NCBI GenBank assembly: GCA_016618085.1
Contig: JABLTG010000114.1
Location: 1 to 64,000 of the forward strand
Direction of reading: 5' to 3'
From: Neovahlkampfia damariscottae
Lineage: Eukaryota
Length of the DNA stretch: 64,000 nt
Every line of letters begins with the position of its first letter. Positions within the stretch are counted from its first letter, which is position 1. The notes beneath the pieces were generated by a model. The model was not told the origin of the DNA. It saw nothing but the letters and a program-made list of their open reading frames with translations, and did no database searches. Positions 1-12,120 of this stretch are shown one piece after another. The position numbers and the translations under genes were made by a program.

Positions 1-1118
1 TTTTGTAAGCATCTTTCAACTTTTTTTTCATCTTTTTCAATTTGTTCTTCAATGAATTCCAAAGGTTTCATATTTGAAGTTACAAGATTACGAAGATTCA
101 CTGGTTTGGTTCCAAATTTTTCTAAAAACCATTTTTCTGATTTCGCCATCCGAAGTAAAACCAACTTTATCCAAATAATCATTTGCTTCATCATCTGTAA
201 AATCACCAACCCAAATATATTCTTGTCTTCCAGAGTCTAAAAAAATTAAAATAAAAATTAAAAACCTGAAGTCATGGACAGACAAGCATTCGCATCACTT
301 AAGACGAGAATACATCTTGCTTGGACGTTGTCAGAAGATATTTGTTTGGCTGTTTTGTAAAGTTCTTTTATAACTTCTTTTGTTGTGCTTCCTTCAACTT
401 CAAAAATAACAGTTGGAACCCAAATTACTTTTCCATCTTTTGTTTTTTTAATTGAATTACAAATTTCTCCAAAAACTTGCGCTTCTTGACCTAAATAAAA
501 ATAATTAGTTTTTAAAAAAATTACCTTCATTCCATGGTTCAATTTGGACTTTAATGGCTTTAAGGAGTTTTTGTTTGAAGTTAGAAAGTGTTGTTTCTCC
601 ATCAAATTTTACAACAACTACTCCTTCTTTTCCATTAATAACATGATTTAAAAGTGTTGTTTTTCCTGATCCTTTACTTCCAACTATAATTACATATTTT
701 TCATTGTTTAATGTTCCAATAATTTGATTTAAATGTTCTTCATAATCTTTTCTTGTTATGTAACCTTTTTTTTCATCAATTTTTATTGGTTTTAAGAGAA
801 AATCTGCTCCTTCTTTTCTTATTTCAATTTCTCCTTTCTTGCTTTTCAATTCTTGAATGGATAAATAATAATAAAATCCAACTGAACATGCAATCAAACC
901 ACCTATATTTGTTGTAAAGGAGGCTGGATGTTTTTTAGCAATTCTTGTAAATCTTTTAACAATTTACGAAGAGATTCTTTAAATTTTGAAGAAAGATTTG
1001 TTTGATTTAAATTCTCTTTTGCTGAATTTCCTTCTTGTGAATAATTCCTAAAGTTAGATTTTAAAGCTCTAGAAAAGTTCATGAAGGTTTTTCTGCAAAA
1101 TATTTTGGGAATCTTCAT
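1..1118 (-). CDS. P-loop (AAA-like) ATPase with probable mitochondrial presequence and one TM segment; multi-exon, 3' end beyond the window
   Basis: ATG at 1118 gives an Arg/Ser-rich N-terminus (MKIPKIFCRKTFMNFSRALK); hydrophobic GGLIACSVGFYYYL; Walker A GSKGSGKT; ORFs 903-1283, 505-897, 258-605 and 88-285 join via short GT-AG introns. Confidence 0.65.
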
Positions 1119-1645
1119 CGTTTTTTTTGCTGAAGACCAAAATTGATTCAATTGTGATTGGATCAGAAATTTACCAATAAAATCATTCGAATGTTCAACA
1201 AATTGAAGTTCAAAATAAAGCACCAAAAACTTCTCCAAACCTAAAAAGAAGTATTCAATCCTCCAAAACAACGGATAAGCCAATCAAAACACCCCAAACC
1301 TTCTAATTGGAAGGTTAAACCCTCCAAAATAAAAGATTTACAAATTCGTAGTTTTTATTACCCATAAAATTGGACCAACCAAAGCCCATATCACCGACCA
1401 ATAAAAGAGAACAATCAAGCAATAAAATTATGGATAACAAAAAGTAAGAAGGTAAATAAAACTTTCAAATGACAAAAAACCGCCGAGTTGAGGAGTGAGA
1501 TGGCGTGAAAATGGCTCTGGGAGTATCGGGGGATCTGGTCAAAAAAAATGGAATTTCCACGAGAAGGGGCTTTTTTCATTTCCTTGGGGGTGAAAATTAA
1601 AAAAAGTTAAATTCCCAGCCGGACCTTCTGCATCTACTACTCTTT

Positions 1646-2064
1646 CCTGTAAAATTGACCATTTTTTAAAAGTTTCAGATTTTCCTAAAATCACCTTACC
1701 ATTTTACCACAAATTTTACTTTATTGACTTTTGCATTTTGGTATGCAAATTCTTGTCTAGATTTTCATGGCAGAAATCAAAATTTTTCAATTTTTCTCAA
1801 ACAATTGCTTTTTTTAATTTATTAAATACAGATAACTCATAATTTTGTATCAAGAATCAAGAAAGAAAATAAGAATTTCTGGCTTTTAGCCATTTTTTAT
1901 TATAAAAATCTAGACAAGAATTTGCATACCAAAACGAAAACTCCAATACCAGTTTTTATTTTCCGTCATTTGGTCAGGTGGTAGGACCACTTAATCCTTC
2001 CCTGTAAAATTAACCATTTTTTCAAAATTTTATCAATTCCAGAAACTACCTTACCAGATACCAC
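1646..2064. repeat. Imperfect ~65-bp direct repeat (1646-1710 and 2001-2064)
   Basis: cctgtaaaatt(g/a)accatttttt...accttacca..taccac occurs twice. Confidence 0.75.
1736..1934. repeat. Perfect 30-bp inverted repeat with 139-bp spacer (MITE-like)
   Basis: ttttggtatgcaaattcttgtctagatttt (1736-1765) is the exact reverse complement of 1905-1934. Confidence 0.85.
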
Positions 2065-2307
2065 TTCTTATTCCTTTTTGTTATAAATTAAATGGTAAAA
2101 TGATAATTGTAAATTAAAGTAATAACCAGTAAAGAGAAAGCGGTTTTTGATTGGAGAACAAGAATGAAGCAGAAAAATAAATTTCAGTCATTCAATGTTT
2201 TGATTTGATCTGTTGGTTTTGTTTCTTCTTCAGAAACTGGTTAATAACAATTGTCCAATCAGTAACTGTTTTTGTTACATTTTCCAATTGACAAAGAGTG
2301 AAGTAAA

Positions 2308-3532
2308 ATGGGCAAAAACCGCAAAGGAAACACTCCTCAAATCAGAAGAAAACCATTACCAAAAAAGAAAAGAAAAAGAGATGATTCAGATCTTGATGAT
2401 ATTCAACTAATAACTGGTAATAATATGCAAGAAGCAACAACACAAAGAAAAAAGAAAGTTAAAACTATTATTAATGATGATGATGTTGTATCAACAATAT
2501 TATTAAGACAAAAAGTACCACACAAAAAATCACTTTATTATTTGGAACAATTAATTTTAAAACACAAAATGCATGATAGATTTGCTTTTGATGTGAAAGA
2601 AGTCCAACATGGACTGAATTTTTTATTCTACAGAGGTATACTATAAAATCAAATTAACCTTCAAAACCAGGTAATTCTACTTAATTTTTAACAACAAAAC
2701 TAAAAAGGTAATTTTTCTTTGAAATTTACAAGTATGATCAGAAAATGAAGCACCAAAGTTTATTGAGTTTATAAAGTCATTATTACCAGTCAATGTTTTG
2801 AAAAAAGGAAAAGGTGATTCTGAAAATTATTCAGTTGAACTTGCAAGTGTCTGCAAATATGATGTTATTTGTCTGCCACAAAGGTTATACAATTCAATGG
2901 GAAATTTAGGTCCAATTTTAATATGTTTCAAAGTTAATGAAAATTTATATTTCATTGATCCAAATACATTACAAGCTGGTGAAATTAATCCAATTCAATT
3001 TTTTTATAAAGAAAAAGCGTCTTTTAAATCATTATTGACAATGCCAAGAAGATATACTGTTTTAGATATAAAGTTAGAGAATAAGAAAAATGGAAATTAT
3101 CAATTAGCCACTGTACAAGTTTGTAAAGAAGATGAAATTGGAGAAGAAAACTCAATTGTGACTGTTACAACTCATTTAGGAAATATTTTACAATCAGGGG
3201 ATACAGTTATCGGTTATGATTTAGCAAATTCAAATTTAAATGATGAAAATTTGGAAGCATATTCCCAACTTCAACTTCCTGATGTAGTTATTGTTCGTAA
3301 ATGCTTTGACAGACCTTGGAAAAGATATTGGACTTTAAAACAATGGAAAGTTGAAAGAAAAGATGATTTTGAAGAATTTTTAGATGAATTAGAAGAAGAT
3401 AAAGAAATGAGAGGAAAAATTAATTTATACAAAGATGATACAATTAAAATGGATACAGAAGAACACATGGAACAATTAAAAGATATTCCTCATGTAGGTT
3501 TGGAAGAATTATTGAGCAATTTAAAAATATGA
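2308..3532 (+). CDS. NMD3: NMD3-like 60S export adaptor lacking the N-terminal Zn-binding domain
   Basis: RQKVPHKKSLYYLEQLILKH, SVELASVCKYDVICLP, THLGNILQSGDTVIGYDL, FLDELEEDKEMRGKINLY; 2636-2741 spliced out. Confidence 0.85.
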
Positions 3533-3654
3533 TATAAATTTTTACTTCAATCTCGGCAATATTTCTTTTCATTTTAATTGGTCTAGAATTCTCCCACAGA
3601 CCAATAATATTTTTGAGCGTCGTTGAAACAAACAGTTTTCTAAAAATATAACTC

Positions 3655-6600
3655 ATGACGACCTTGGAAACTAAACAAGAAGAAATATCAATAATAGAAG
3701 AAAAGAAAGAAATTGAAGAAAAATTGAATATAGATTTAAGTCAAACCTTTAGTAGTTGGACAGAATCAGAGTCAGAACTTTTTTATTTTTCTTCCACCCT
3801 CTCTTTACCAAGTTTTTTTCAAAAAAATTTGTTTTTAATATTTTCTCAATAGATGAATCAACTGTTTCAAATAGTTTTGAACCAGTCAAAGACCTGAAAA
3901 ATTATTCCGTAAATTTGACTAAAGATCATTTCGTCATTTTTGGTGGAGAAAATGAAGAAGGACTCACAAATTTAACTCTTTCATGGGATAACGAAACAAA
4001 AGAATTCAAAGAATTAAAAATTGAAGGAGAAACAAAACCTTCATCAAGAAGTTTTCATAACTCATTAATTTTGAATAATCAACTTTATATTTTTGGTGGA
4101 AAAAATAAAGAGAAAGTGTTAAACGACATGTACTCTTTGGATTTAAGTAAAAAAAAGAAAAAAAAAATTAACGGTTTTTCTAGAAACAAATGAATGGAAA
4201 GAAATTAAATTTTCTGAAGATTCAGAAATACCAAAAGAAAGACAAGGAAGTGTTATAACATTTCATAAAGATAAAATTTTATTACACGGAGGTTGTAATT
4301 TTGACTTGGAAACATTTTATTCTGATTTTTATGAATTTGATACACAAACTAATAAATGGAGTAAACTTGATACAAAAATTACAAATGAATTTGGATTTCA
4401 TACGATTATTAGATGCATTGAAAGATTAGAGATTTTAAATGGAATGAAAAATAAAACAGAAGAATATAAACAACTTTTACATTTTCCAGAATTTAATAAA
4501 TTAGAAAAATGTTTTGAATCAAAAGAAGAATTTTCTTCAAAAAAGATTATAAACTTAAAATCAATATCAGAAACTTTTGAAAATGTAGATGGAATATCAT
4601 CAATTACATCAATGTCTGATTATAAATATAAATTAATAAGAAAACAATTAGAAGAAGAATTTCATTTATTTTATGATAAACCAACAGAAGAAACATTATT
4701 CAAAACTATTTTATTAAAATATTTACATATGGTTATGATTAATTTTCCATTATTTCAAACACAAACAGAAAAAAAAGAAAAAGGATTCATGGAAAAACTT
4801 GGATGGGGTGCAAAAAAAGAAGAAGAATATGGTTTTGGTGATTTATTTTTTAAATTACCTGATTTAATTACGAAACTTGAAACTTCATTTAAAAAAGATT
4901 ATCAAAAAGATTTAATTGATTATGGAGCAGCATTATTCAATTATGTTTTAAAAACAAATAAAGAAACTTCAATTGCAGATGAATTTTCAAAGAAATTTTC
5001 AAAAGAAGGAACAAAAGAATCATTAGGAAATCAAAAATTAGAAGAAGAAGATGTTAATCTTATAAGTGATATTTTACATTTAGATCATCCTGCTGAAGTT
5101 TATAATAGAATATTAGAAGCAACAAAATTAGAAGAATTACCATTAAATTATCAAAAAATGATACAACATGCATCACAAAGATTAATGAAATGGTTAAAAA
5201 TGACAGATGTTTCTGATGATAATATGGAAAAATTAAAATGGACAAAAAATTTTTTAATTATTGTTAGACCTGTTGTATCTTCAGTTAATCCATTAACAAT
5301 GATTGAAAAAATGATGAATTTAATGCTTTTTTCAAAAATTGGTAGATCAGGTATTACAGTAATGTTGGAAGTTTCAAAAACTGAAAGTGAAGTTAAAAAA
5401 AGAAAACAAATGATTCCAAGTTTACAAGTTGAAAATGTTGAAAAATATTTATCAGCAAGAGATATGCATTCTTCAATGCGTTTAACAAAAACTTTTTTAT
5501 TTTCAGAAGAGGAGATGGAAAAAAGAAAAGAAGAAGGTAAAATATTTGAAGAAAAAGAATTACCAAAACCAATAAAAAAACAATCAATGTTTAAAAAATT
5601 TACAACAAAAAAAGAGTTACCAACTCCAAATACAAAAAAAGAATTACCAACAACACTTGTTAAAAAAGAATTACCAAAACCTACATCAAAAAAAGAATTA
5701 CCAAAACCTTCATCAAAAAAAGAGTTACCAACTCCAAAAAAAGAGTTACCAACTCCAAAGAATGATTTATCAACTCAAAAAGATAATGAAATGAAAATTC
5801 CAAATATTAATCATATTGAAGTTTCACCAAGAAATGATTCACCAAATTTAAAGAAATCAACAACACCACGTGATGATAAAAAACCAGAAACAAAATCAAA
5901 AGCACTTTCATTTGAAGAACAAGAAAAATTACTTGTTGAAAGACTTGATCTTGATACATGGAAACAATTTGTTCATAATTCAATTAATAATCAAAACTCA
6001 GTTTTTAATAAATCACTCTCTGATCAAGATTTAAAAAACACATTTTTACTTTTTAGAGCAATTTGTAGACTTCATGAAAAAAAAGAATTTATTGCAATAT
6101 TAGATGATCCACAATTACAAAAACTTGTTAAACAAGTTATGAAAGTAACATTACCACATATATTTCAATTATATGCTCATACTGATGTTTCACGTGTAAC
6201 ATCAACAATTACAACTGCAATGAGTACTTTTATTTCATTATCAGATGGTGATAAAAAAGCAAATACAAAAATAGCAGAATTAACAGATGAAACAAAAAAA
6301 CAACAATTAGAAAAAAAAAGAATGGAAGCATGGGATAAAACATTTGGAGGTATGATGGAATCAATGAAAGGAGAAGTTTTTCAAATTTTACATGAAATGA
6401 TCACAAAAGATAAAGAAAAAGATAATATTATTGGAAAATTAATCGCATGGGTAAATCAAATGGCAGGTGATGTTGGAAATAAATCACTTGATATGGAAGA
6501 AATTTATTTTAAATTTGATGGTGAAGAAAGAGATATTGAATTTTTGAAAGAAATCAATTATTTATTATATAATACAAGAAATTTACCACAAACTCAATCA

Positions 6601-6810
6601 AAACAAAAACCTGTAAAATCTTTCTCTTCTGCAGATTTTATAAAAAAAGAAGAAGTTAAAAAACCAACTACTTTAGAATTGAATCAGAAACCTCAAGTTA
6701 GATCATATTCTTCTGATCCAACAACGCATCATGTTAGTCTTGTTGATGTTGATGATAATGAAGATGATGTTAAAAGAAGAAGAAAAAAATCAAATGAAAA
6801 TCCACAATAA
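3655..6810 (+). CDS. Kelch-repeat protein with PX-associated/DUF3818-like helical region
   Basis: Kelch motifs (FVIFGG, PSSRSFH, LYIFGG, LHGG); central NPLTMIEKMMNL and RLHEKKEFIAILDDP segments resemble DUF3818 (from memory); introns 3812-3852 and ~4147-4183. Confidence 0.55.
5551..5760 (+). repeat. Coding tandem repeat KKELP(K/T)
   Basis: Seven copies of KELP in the 4306-6810 ORF. Confidence 0.85.
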
Positions 6811-6815
6811 AAACT

Positions 6816-8209
6816 TTACATTCCTATCAATAATACATTCTCTAATGTTTCTTCTCTGTCAATGTAATAAACTAATTTTGTTTTTTTTAAATTCAATCTT
6901 TCATTCATGTATTGAATTCTTCCAAAATCAATAATTCTTTTTATTTTTAATCCTAATTCCTCTCTTTTTTAAATGTTAATAAGTGATTAATTTTACTTTT
7001 GATCTGGAGATAAATGATATGTTTTCTCTTTTGTTCTGAAACCTGATACACCCCAACTTGCCATTTTTGTCATGAAATTGAAATCATCTCCACTAAAATT
7101 ATTCTTTAAAAAGTATTCTTGATCTATAAAATTAATCAATTAAATTTATTAGAATGTACTGAGATAACTATTCCAATTACATTTGTGATGACAACAAAGT
7201 GCAATGAATATTCCATTAAATTTACAATATTCTTTTGATTTTTCAATACATCTTATTGTTAAATCAGTTGCTTCTCCACAAAGATGTTTTGAAACACAAA
7301 CACAATTTTCTTTCTTCAAAATATCAATACCATTTAAGTCTAAATTTGAAATATCCATTTGTAACCGTAAGATTTCAGTATCTAATTTCTTTTTTTTACA
7401 CTCTCCAATGATTTTACAATCATCTTTTTTTCTAAAGTTATCTCGATCAATCAATATAAAATTTCCAATTTTTTGTTCATCCATAAATTCAAAATTTTTG
7501 AATAAATTTTCCAAAATTGCAAATGATAGTTTTGCTTTTCCACATCCAAATTCAAGATAACTTAGATCTGGATTCATCAAATTTTCATTTTTCATATTTC
7601 CAATAATTGATTCTTGTTGAATTTCCATTCTTGATTGTTTTTTATTTTCACTTGAAGTGATGAATTACTTTTTAAATTACTTTTTAAATATCATTTTTGA
7701 TATTTCTAATTCATTATTTTGATAAAATTCATTAATTTTTTGGCAAAATTTTTTGAAATCATCTTCATTGGTTTGTTTTAACCAATTTTCAATTGAAATG
7801 TTTTCTGTTGTTTCTTTTTGGTTTAATTTATTAAAGTCTTCTTTGAAATAATTTTGTTTTTTAATTTCTAATAATTTATTTCCATTACAAACTTTCAAAT
7901 GTTTTTCCAAATCTTTTTCAAAAATTGAACTTTTTTTTGTGAGAAATGAGATTTGAGTTACTGGTTTGGATCTAACGGACATTTTATTCTACCAAATTTT
8001 TCATCAATTTTATGAACAGAACAGAATATTTCGTTCTTTTTTGTTTGCATTTTGCAGAATTTTTGTTTTCTTCAAGAATCAAAGAAAAATAAGAATTACT
8101 TTTCATTAAAATAGTTACAATAACCATCCTTGTTCTTTATTTCAAAGGTTTTTGATTCTTCTTTATTTTCTATTTTCACTTTTTTATTTGGTTTTTGGTT
8201 CTCTTCCAT
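6816..8209 (-). CDS. TRMT13: tRNA:m4X 2'-O-methyltransferase TRM13
   Basis: N-terminal Zn fingers (LEKHLKVCN), YLEFGCGKAKLS, SKHLCGEATDLTIRC, IALCCHHKC, IDFGRIQYM; multi-exon. Confidence 0.9.
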
Positions 8210-8310
8210 TTTGGAGATTGATTGGTTAAAATTCCTCCAATTGGCTTGATAGTGATTCTTTAATTGTACCATCAATTACAAATTTATTTTCTAAAATTAA
8301 GTCCATTCTT

Positions 8311-8535
8311 AATTTTTTATTTGTTGTGTTAATTGTTTACTAGTTCCTATATTTAAGTTCATCTCTTTCAATTCTTGATGATTCAAGATCAACTAAAACC
8401 TCTCCATTGATGAGTTGTTCTTTTAAGATTACTGCTTCACTCTTTTCAATTTTTAAATCATTGACAATCGATAAAAAATATCAAATCGTCCAATTTAATA
8501 CATCATCCATATTCCAGTTAAATACATTGATATTT
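8311..8535 (-). pseudogene. Decayed SAM-domain fragment
   Basis: VFNWNMDDVLNWT(stop)...ILKEQLINGEVLVDL / frameshift / NHQELKEMNLNIGTSKQLTQQIK fits the SAM pattern. Confidence 0.45.
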
Positions 8536-8924
8536 TTTTGAGTTTCTCTTGACCAAAATTTTGTACAATCTTCTTTGATGAATTGGAAAAAGTAAATACA
8601 AAGGTACAAAATTACATTTTATGACTCAATTGATCGAGAAAATAAAATTTGAAGAAATATTGAAAGAATCTGAAAATTATCTTAATTGCTTGTATTACAT
8701 AGGATGTAACTAGTTGACAAACGAACTTTTTCAAATTTGTTGAAAAAACCAACAAGTGAATAAAAATATTGGACTCAAAGATTATCCAGAAGTGGACTTG
8801 TGGTTGATTAACCTTCCAAATGAGAACCAGACTAAGTGTTGAAAATTAGTTTTCAAGAAAATAAAAGTGCACTAAATGTTAACCAATCATAACAGTTTAT
8901 TTAAAAAATCTTCTCCACCAACAG

Positions 8925-9520
8925 ATGGTAAGTTTTACAACAAACAAAAAATTAAAACAAAAATAGGCAACAGCAGCACAACCATACTACGATTGTATCA
9001 GAAAAACACTTGAAGCAGCCCTTTGTCTTGAAGACTTCGCTTCACAAACAGTAGAAAGACATAATGTTCCTGAAGTTGAATCTGGTACATCAGAAGAACT
9101 TTTACTCAAACCTGTCACTATTGCAAAAGAAGCTTCAGAAAAAGTTTTAATTGAAGGATCTATCAATTCACTTCGTTTGAGCATTATGTTCAAAAAACAA
9201 GATCCACTCGAAGAAATGTTAGCAAAGAAATACATGCGTTTCTTAATGCAACGTGCTGAACAATTCATGATTTTAAGAAGAAAACCTGTAGAAGTAAAAA
9301 AAAAAAAAAAAATTAACACGTTTCTTTATTAATGAAGGGATATGACATTTCAATTTTAATAACAAACTTTAATAATGAAAAAATGTACAAGGATAAATTA
9401 ATTGATTTTGTTTTACATTTTATGCAAGACATTGATAAGGATATTAAAGAATTGAAATTAATTCAAGCTTCAAGAGCACGTCTTGTTGCAAAAGAATACT
9501 TAAGTAAATTTGGAAAATAA
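8925..9520 (+). CDS. ARPC4: Arp2/3 complex subunit 4 (p20-Arc)
   Basis: ATG exon, intron 8928-8966, then [38 protein letters not shown]...[17 protein letters not shown]. Confidence 0.95.
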
Positions 9521-9551
9521 ATTTTGTTTTGTTTCAAAAAAATAAAGTTGT

Positions 9552-10006
9552 TTATTTTTTTACATTTGCAATTTCGTCTGTTGCTTCTTTCATACTTGAA
9601 ATGAAAACATCTCTGAATACAGAAAGTTGATCAACTGTTAAGTCTTTAATATCTTCTTTAAGAGAACTAACCATTGGTTCTGTTTGAGCCAAAAGTTCTT
9701 CAATTTGTAAAACTCCGTCTTTGTTGGTATCAAGATTCTTGAAATCTTCTTTTAACTTTTCTGGGTCAACAGTACCTTCTGTAGCCTTTTGCATAATTGT
9801 TTCAAATTTTGCATATTCTATAAAATGATTAAAATACTCTCTTATTGATTTTACCATCAAATGAAATAACTCCGTCTCCATTTGTGTCGCATTGCTTGGT
9901 TGAATTTTCAGTTGTTTTTTTTATTTACTTTAAAGTATGCATTTGTCATATCAAGAATAGCTTTTAAGACATCAGCTAAAACATCTTCTTGTGACACTTT
10001 GCTCAT
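9552..10006 (-). CDS. Small EF-hand protein
   Basis: EF loop DTNKDGVLQIEE; ATG at 10006, short introns. Confidence 0.65.
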
Positions 10007-10321
10007 CGTTTTTTTTTCTGTTGGTTTATTTGAACCAATCAAAATTTAGAAATTTATCAGTTGACAACTAAATTGTTCTTTGATTGCATTTGATGAAAAA
10101 AAGAAATAAAATTCAATTTGTTTTTCCCAAATGCAAAACATGTGTAAGAATCATTTGGAACAATTGAATCTCAATAAAATCAGTTGAAGCTAAAAAAAGT
10201 CGACGTTTTATAAAAGAACATAAAAAGTGTGTTTTCATAAAACTATAATTGTTGACAAAAAGAGAAGGTCTGAAATTTCAATCACTTTGAAAAGTCATTT
10301 TTGACGAGTTTATTCATTTTT

Positions 10322-10828
10322 TTATAAATTTGATTTTAACATAAATTTTGTATGCTTTCCTTCTAATAATATATTCCCTTCTTTTGATTTGAAAGTGCAG
10401 TTTGTGAATCCTAAATTGGCTCCAATTTTTAAAATTTGAACTTCAATAATTACAGTTTCATTTAAACTAATTGAACCAATATATGAAACATTTAATTCAA
10501 TGCTAACACTTGGTCTTTGTTTTAAATCAACAGAAATCAAAACAAGTGTTGTAATAACGTCTATGTTTTTAATTTAAATTTGTTTACCAACAATTGTAGC
10601 AGCTGCACCACCATGTAGTTTTTTCATCATATTTGTCATAGATTCATCTACTTTTAAAGAAAATCTTGCTACTGTATCTTTTTCTTTTTCAGAAGGAAGG
10701 TATTCAATCTGTTTTGAACAAACGGAACTAAAAGACTTTTTGGTGAACAAAAAAAAAGTGATTACCTTCACATCTCGTTTGAGATAATAATCAACAACTT
10801 TTTGTAACCTCTTTGTTTCGATTTCCAT
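10322..10828 (-). CDS. PaaI/ACOT13-like hotdog acyl-CoA thioesterase
   Basis: NMMKKLHGGAAATIVD, SVSIELNVSYI, EGKHTKF. Confidence 0.85.
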
Positions 10829-10883
10829 TTGTTTAAGAAAATAACCAATGAAAAAGTAGAAATATTTTTATAAAAAATTCAAA

Positions 10884-11998
10884 TCATAGTTTTTTCATTG
10901 AAACTGAATCACCACACTGTCTTATTTGAATAGCAATATAACAAGGAAATTTAATTGGAATTTCTACTAATTTGTTTTTTGTTGAAATTTTCATTGTGGA
11001 GAATGAAGGATTGATTCTCAAATCAACTTTTAAATAGAATTAATTTTGAAATAAAATTACTTTTGTCTCCTGTTTTTAACTCTTCAATATCCGAATCTTT
11101 TTTATTTTGAGAGAAAACTGAACTATTCCAAAGTAAACCGTTTGTTGAAATACCATAAAAACCATGATCAACTGACAATCCATCCCATAGTTTATCCTTT
11201 TGTAATGGATGTAATTTTGAATCAACAACACCAAAAGCCGCCCATCCAGTAATTTTTTCAAGAACAAATGAAACATAAGTATTTGTATTCTGTGAAATTG
11301 GATTCGAATGAACACAAAATCTATTATGATCTGAAATATAACTATTCTTAACTTTTGTCATAATATCACCTGATACTGATAAAAATCCTTCAATAAAATC
11401 CCAAGAAACGTTATTTGAAGTTTTACCAAATAATTGATACCATTTATACAACAAATTAACATTTTCAGTATTTTCAATTTTTTTTTTTGTTATAGAAGAC
11501 ATTGCAGCATCTTTTGATTTATATACATTTAAGTTATTCTCTGCATCTGATAATTGACTTTTTAATGTTTTAATCATATTTTCAGTTTTTTTTATTTGAA
11601 GTAAATTATTTTTTTTCATGGCCTCGATATTTTTTATATTTGAGTATATTTTTTTTTGATAAAATATAATTGCTTCTCCTGTTTTTTGAATTTCATGATC
11701 TTTATGTGATAAAACTTCATTTATTGTATTTAGTTCAATTCCACAACTCATACAAAATGCTTGGTTAATTTTTTTATTTTTTTTATAAAAGTTTTCAAGT
11801 TGTAGTTTTTCATGGTTTCGTCTCGCTTTTGGAGTATGTAGTAAATTGAAACAATTATCACAGTAAGTCTCTTCACATTGTTCACAAAATGAATTTTCGA
11901 ATTCTTCTTCACAATGTTCTGTTTATTTGTGCGTTATTTGATTTATTTGATTTACTACAAATATCTTCTTCCATCGGAATTAAAAAACCTTCTTCCAT
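10884..11998 (-). CDS. B-box / coiled-coil / SPRY-like protein
   Basis: FCEQCEETYCDNCFNLLH B-box, coiled coil, GWAAFGVV and FYGISTNG SPRY-like strands. Confidence 0.6.
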
Positions 11999-12120
11999 TT
12001 TTTTGATTGGTGGAAAATTTCTCAATTATTGATTGGTCATTTATGATTATTCAATCTCCAAATTGATTCTAGTGCACCTATAAGAACGTTTCATATTCAA
12101 AAACAAAACATTCAAAAATC

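Noticed and set aside
1119..1620. Upstream extension of ORF 903-1283 and GC-richer DNA as a separate gene
   Set aside because: TTG start, stops upstream and no recognisable motif; ATG 1118 gives a sensible presequence
1850..1877. Similarity to 8073-8097 (caagaatcaa...aaataagaatt)
   Set aside because: Short, A-rich and gapped; plausible by chance at this composition
3740..3852. Possible second long or stacked intron in the Kelch gene
   Set aside because: A single 41-nt intron 3812-3852 restores the frame
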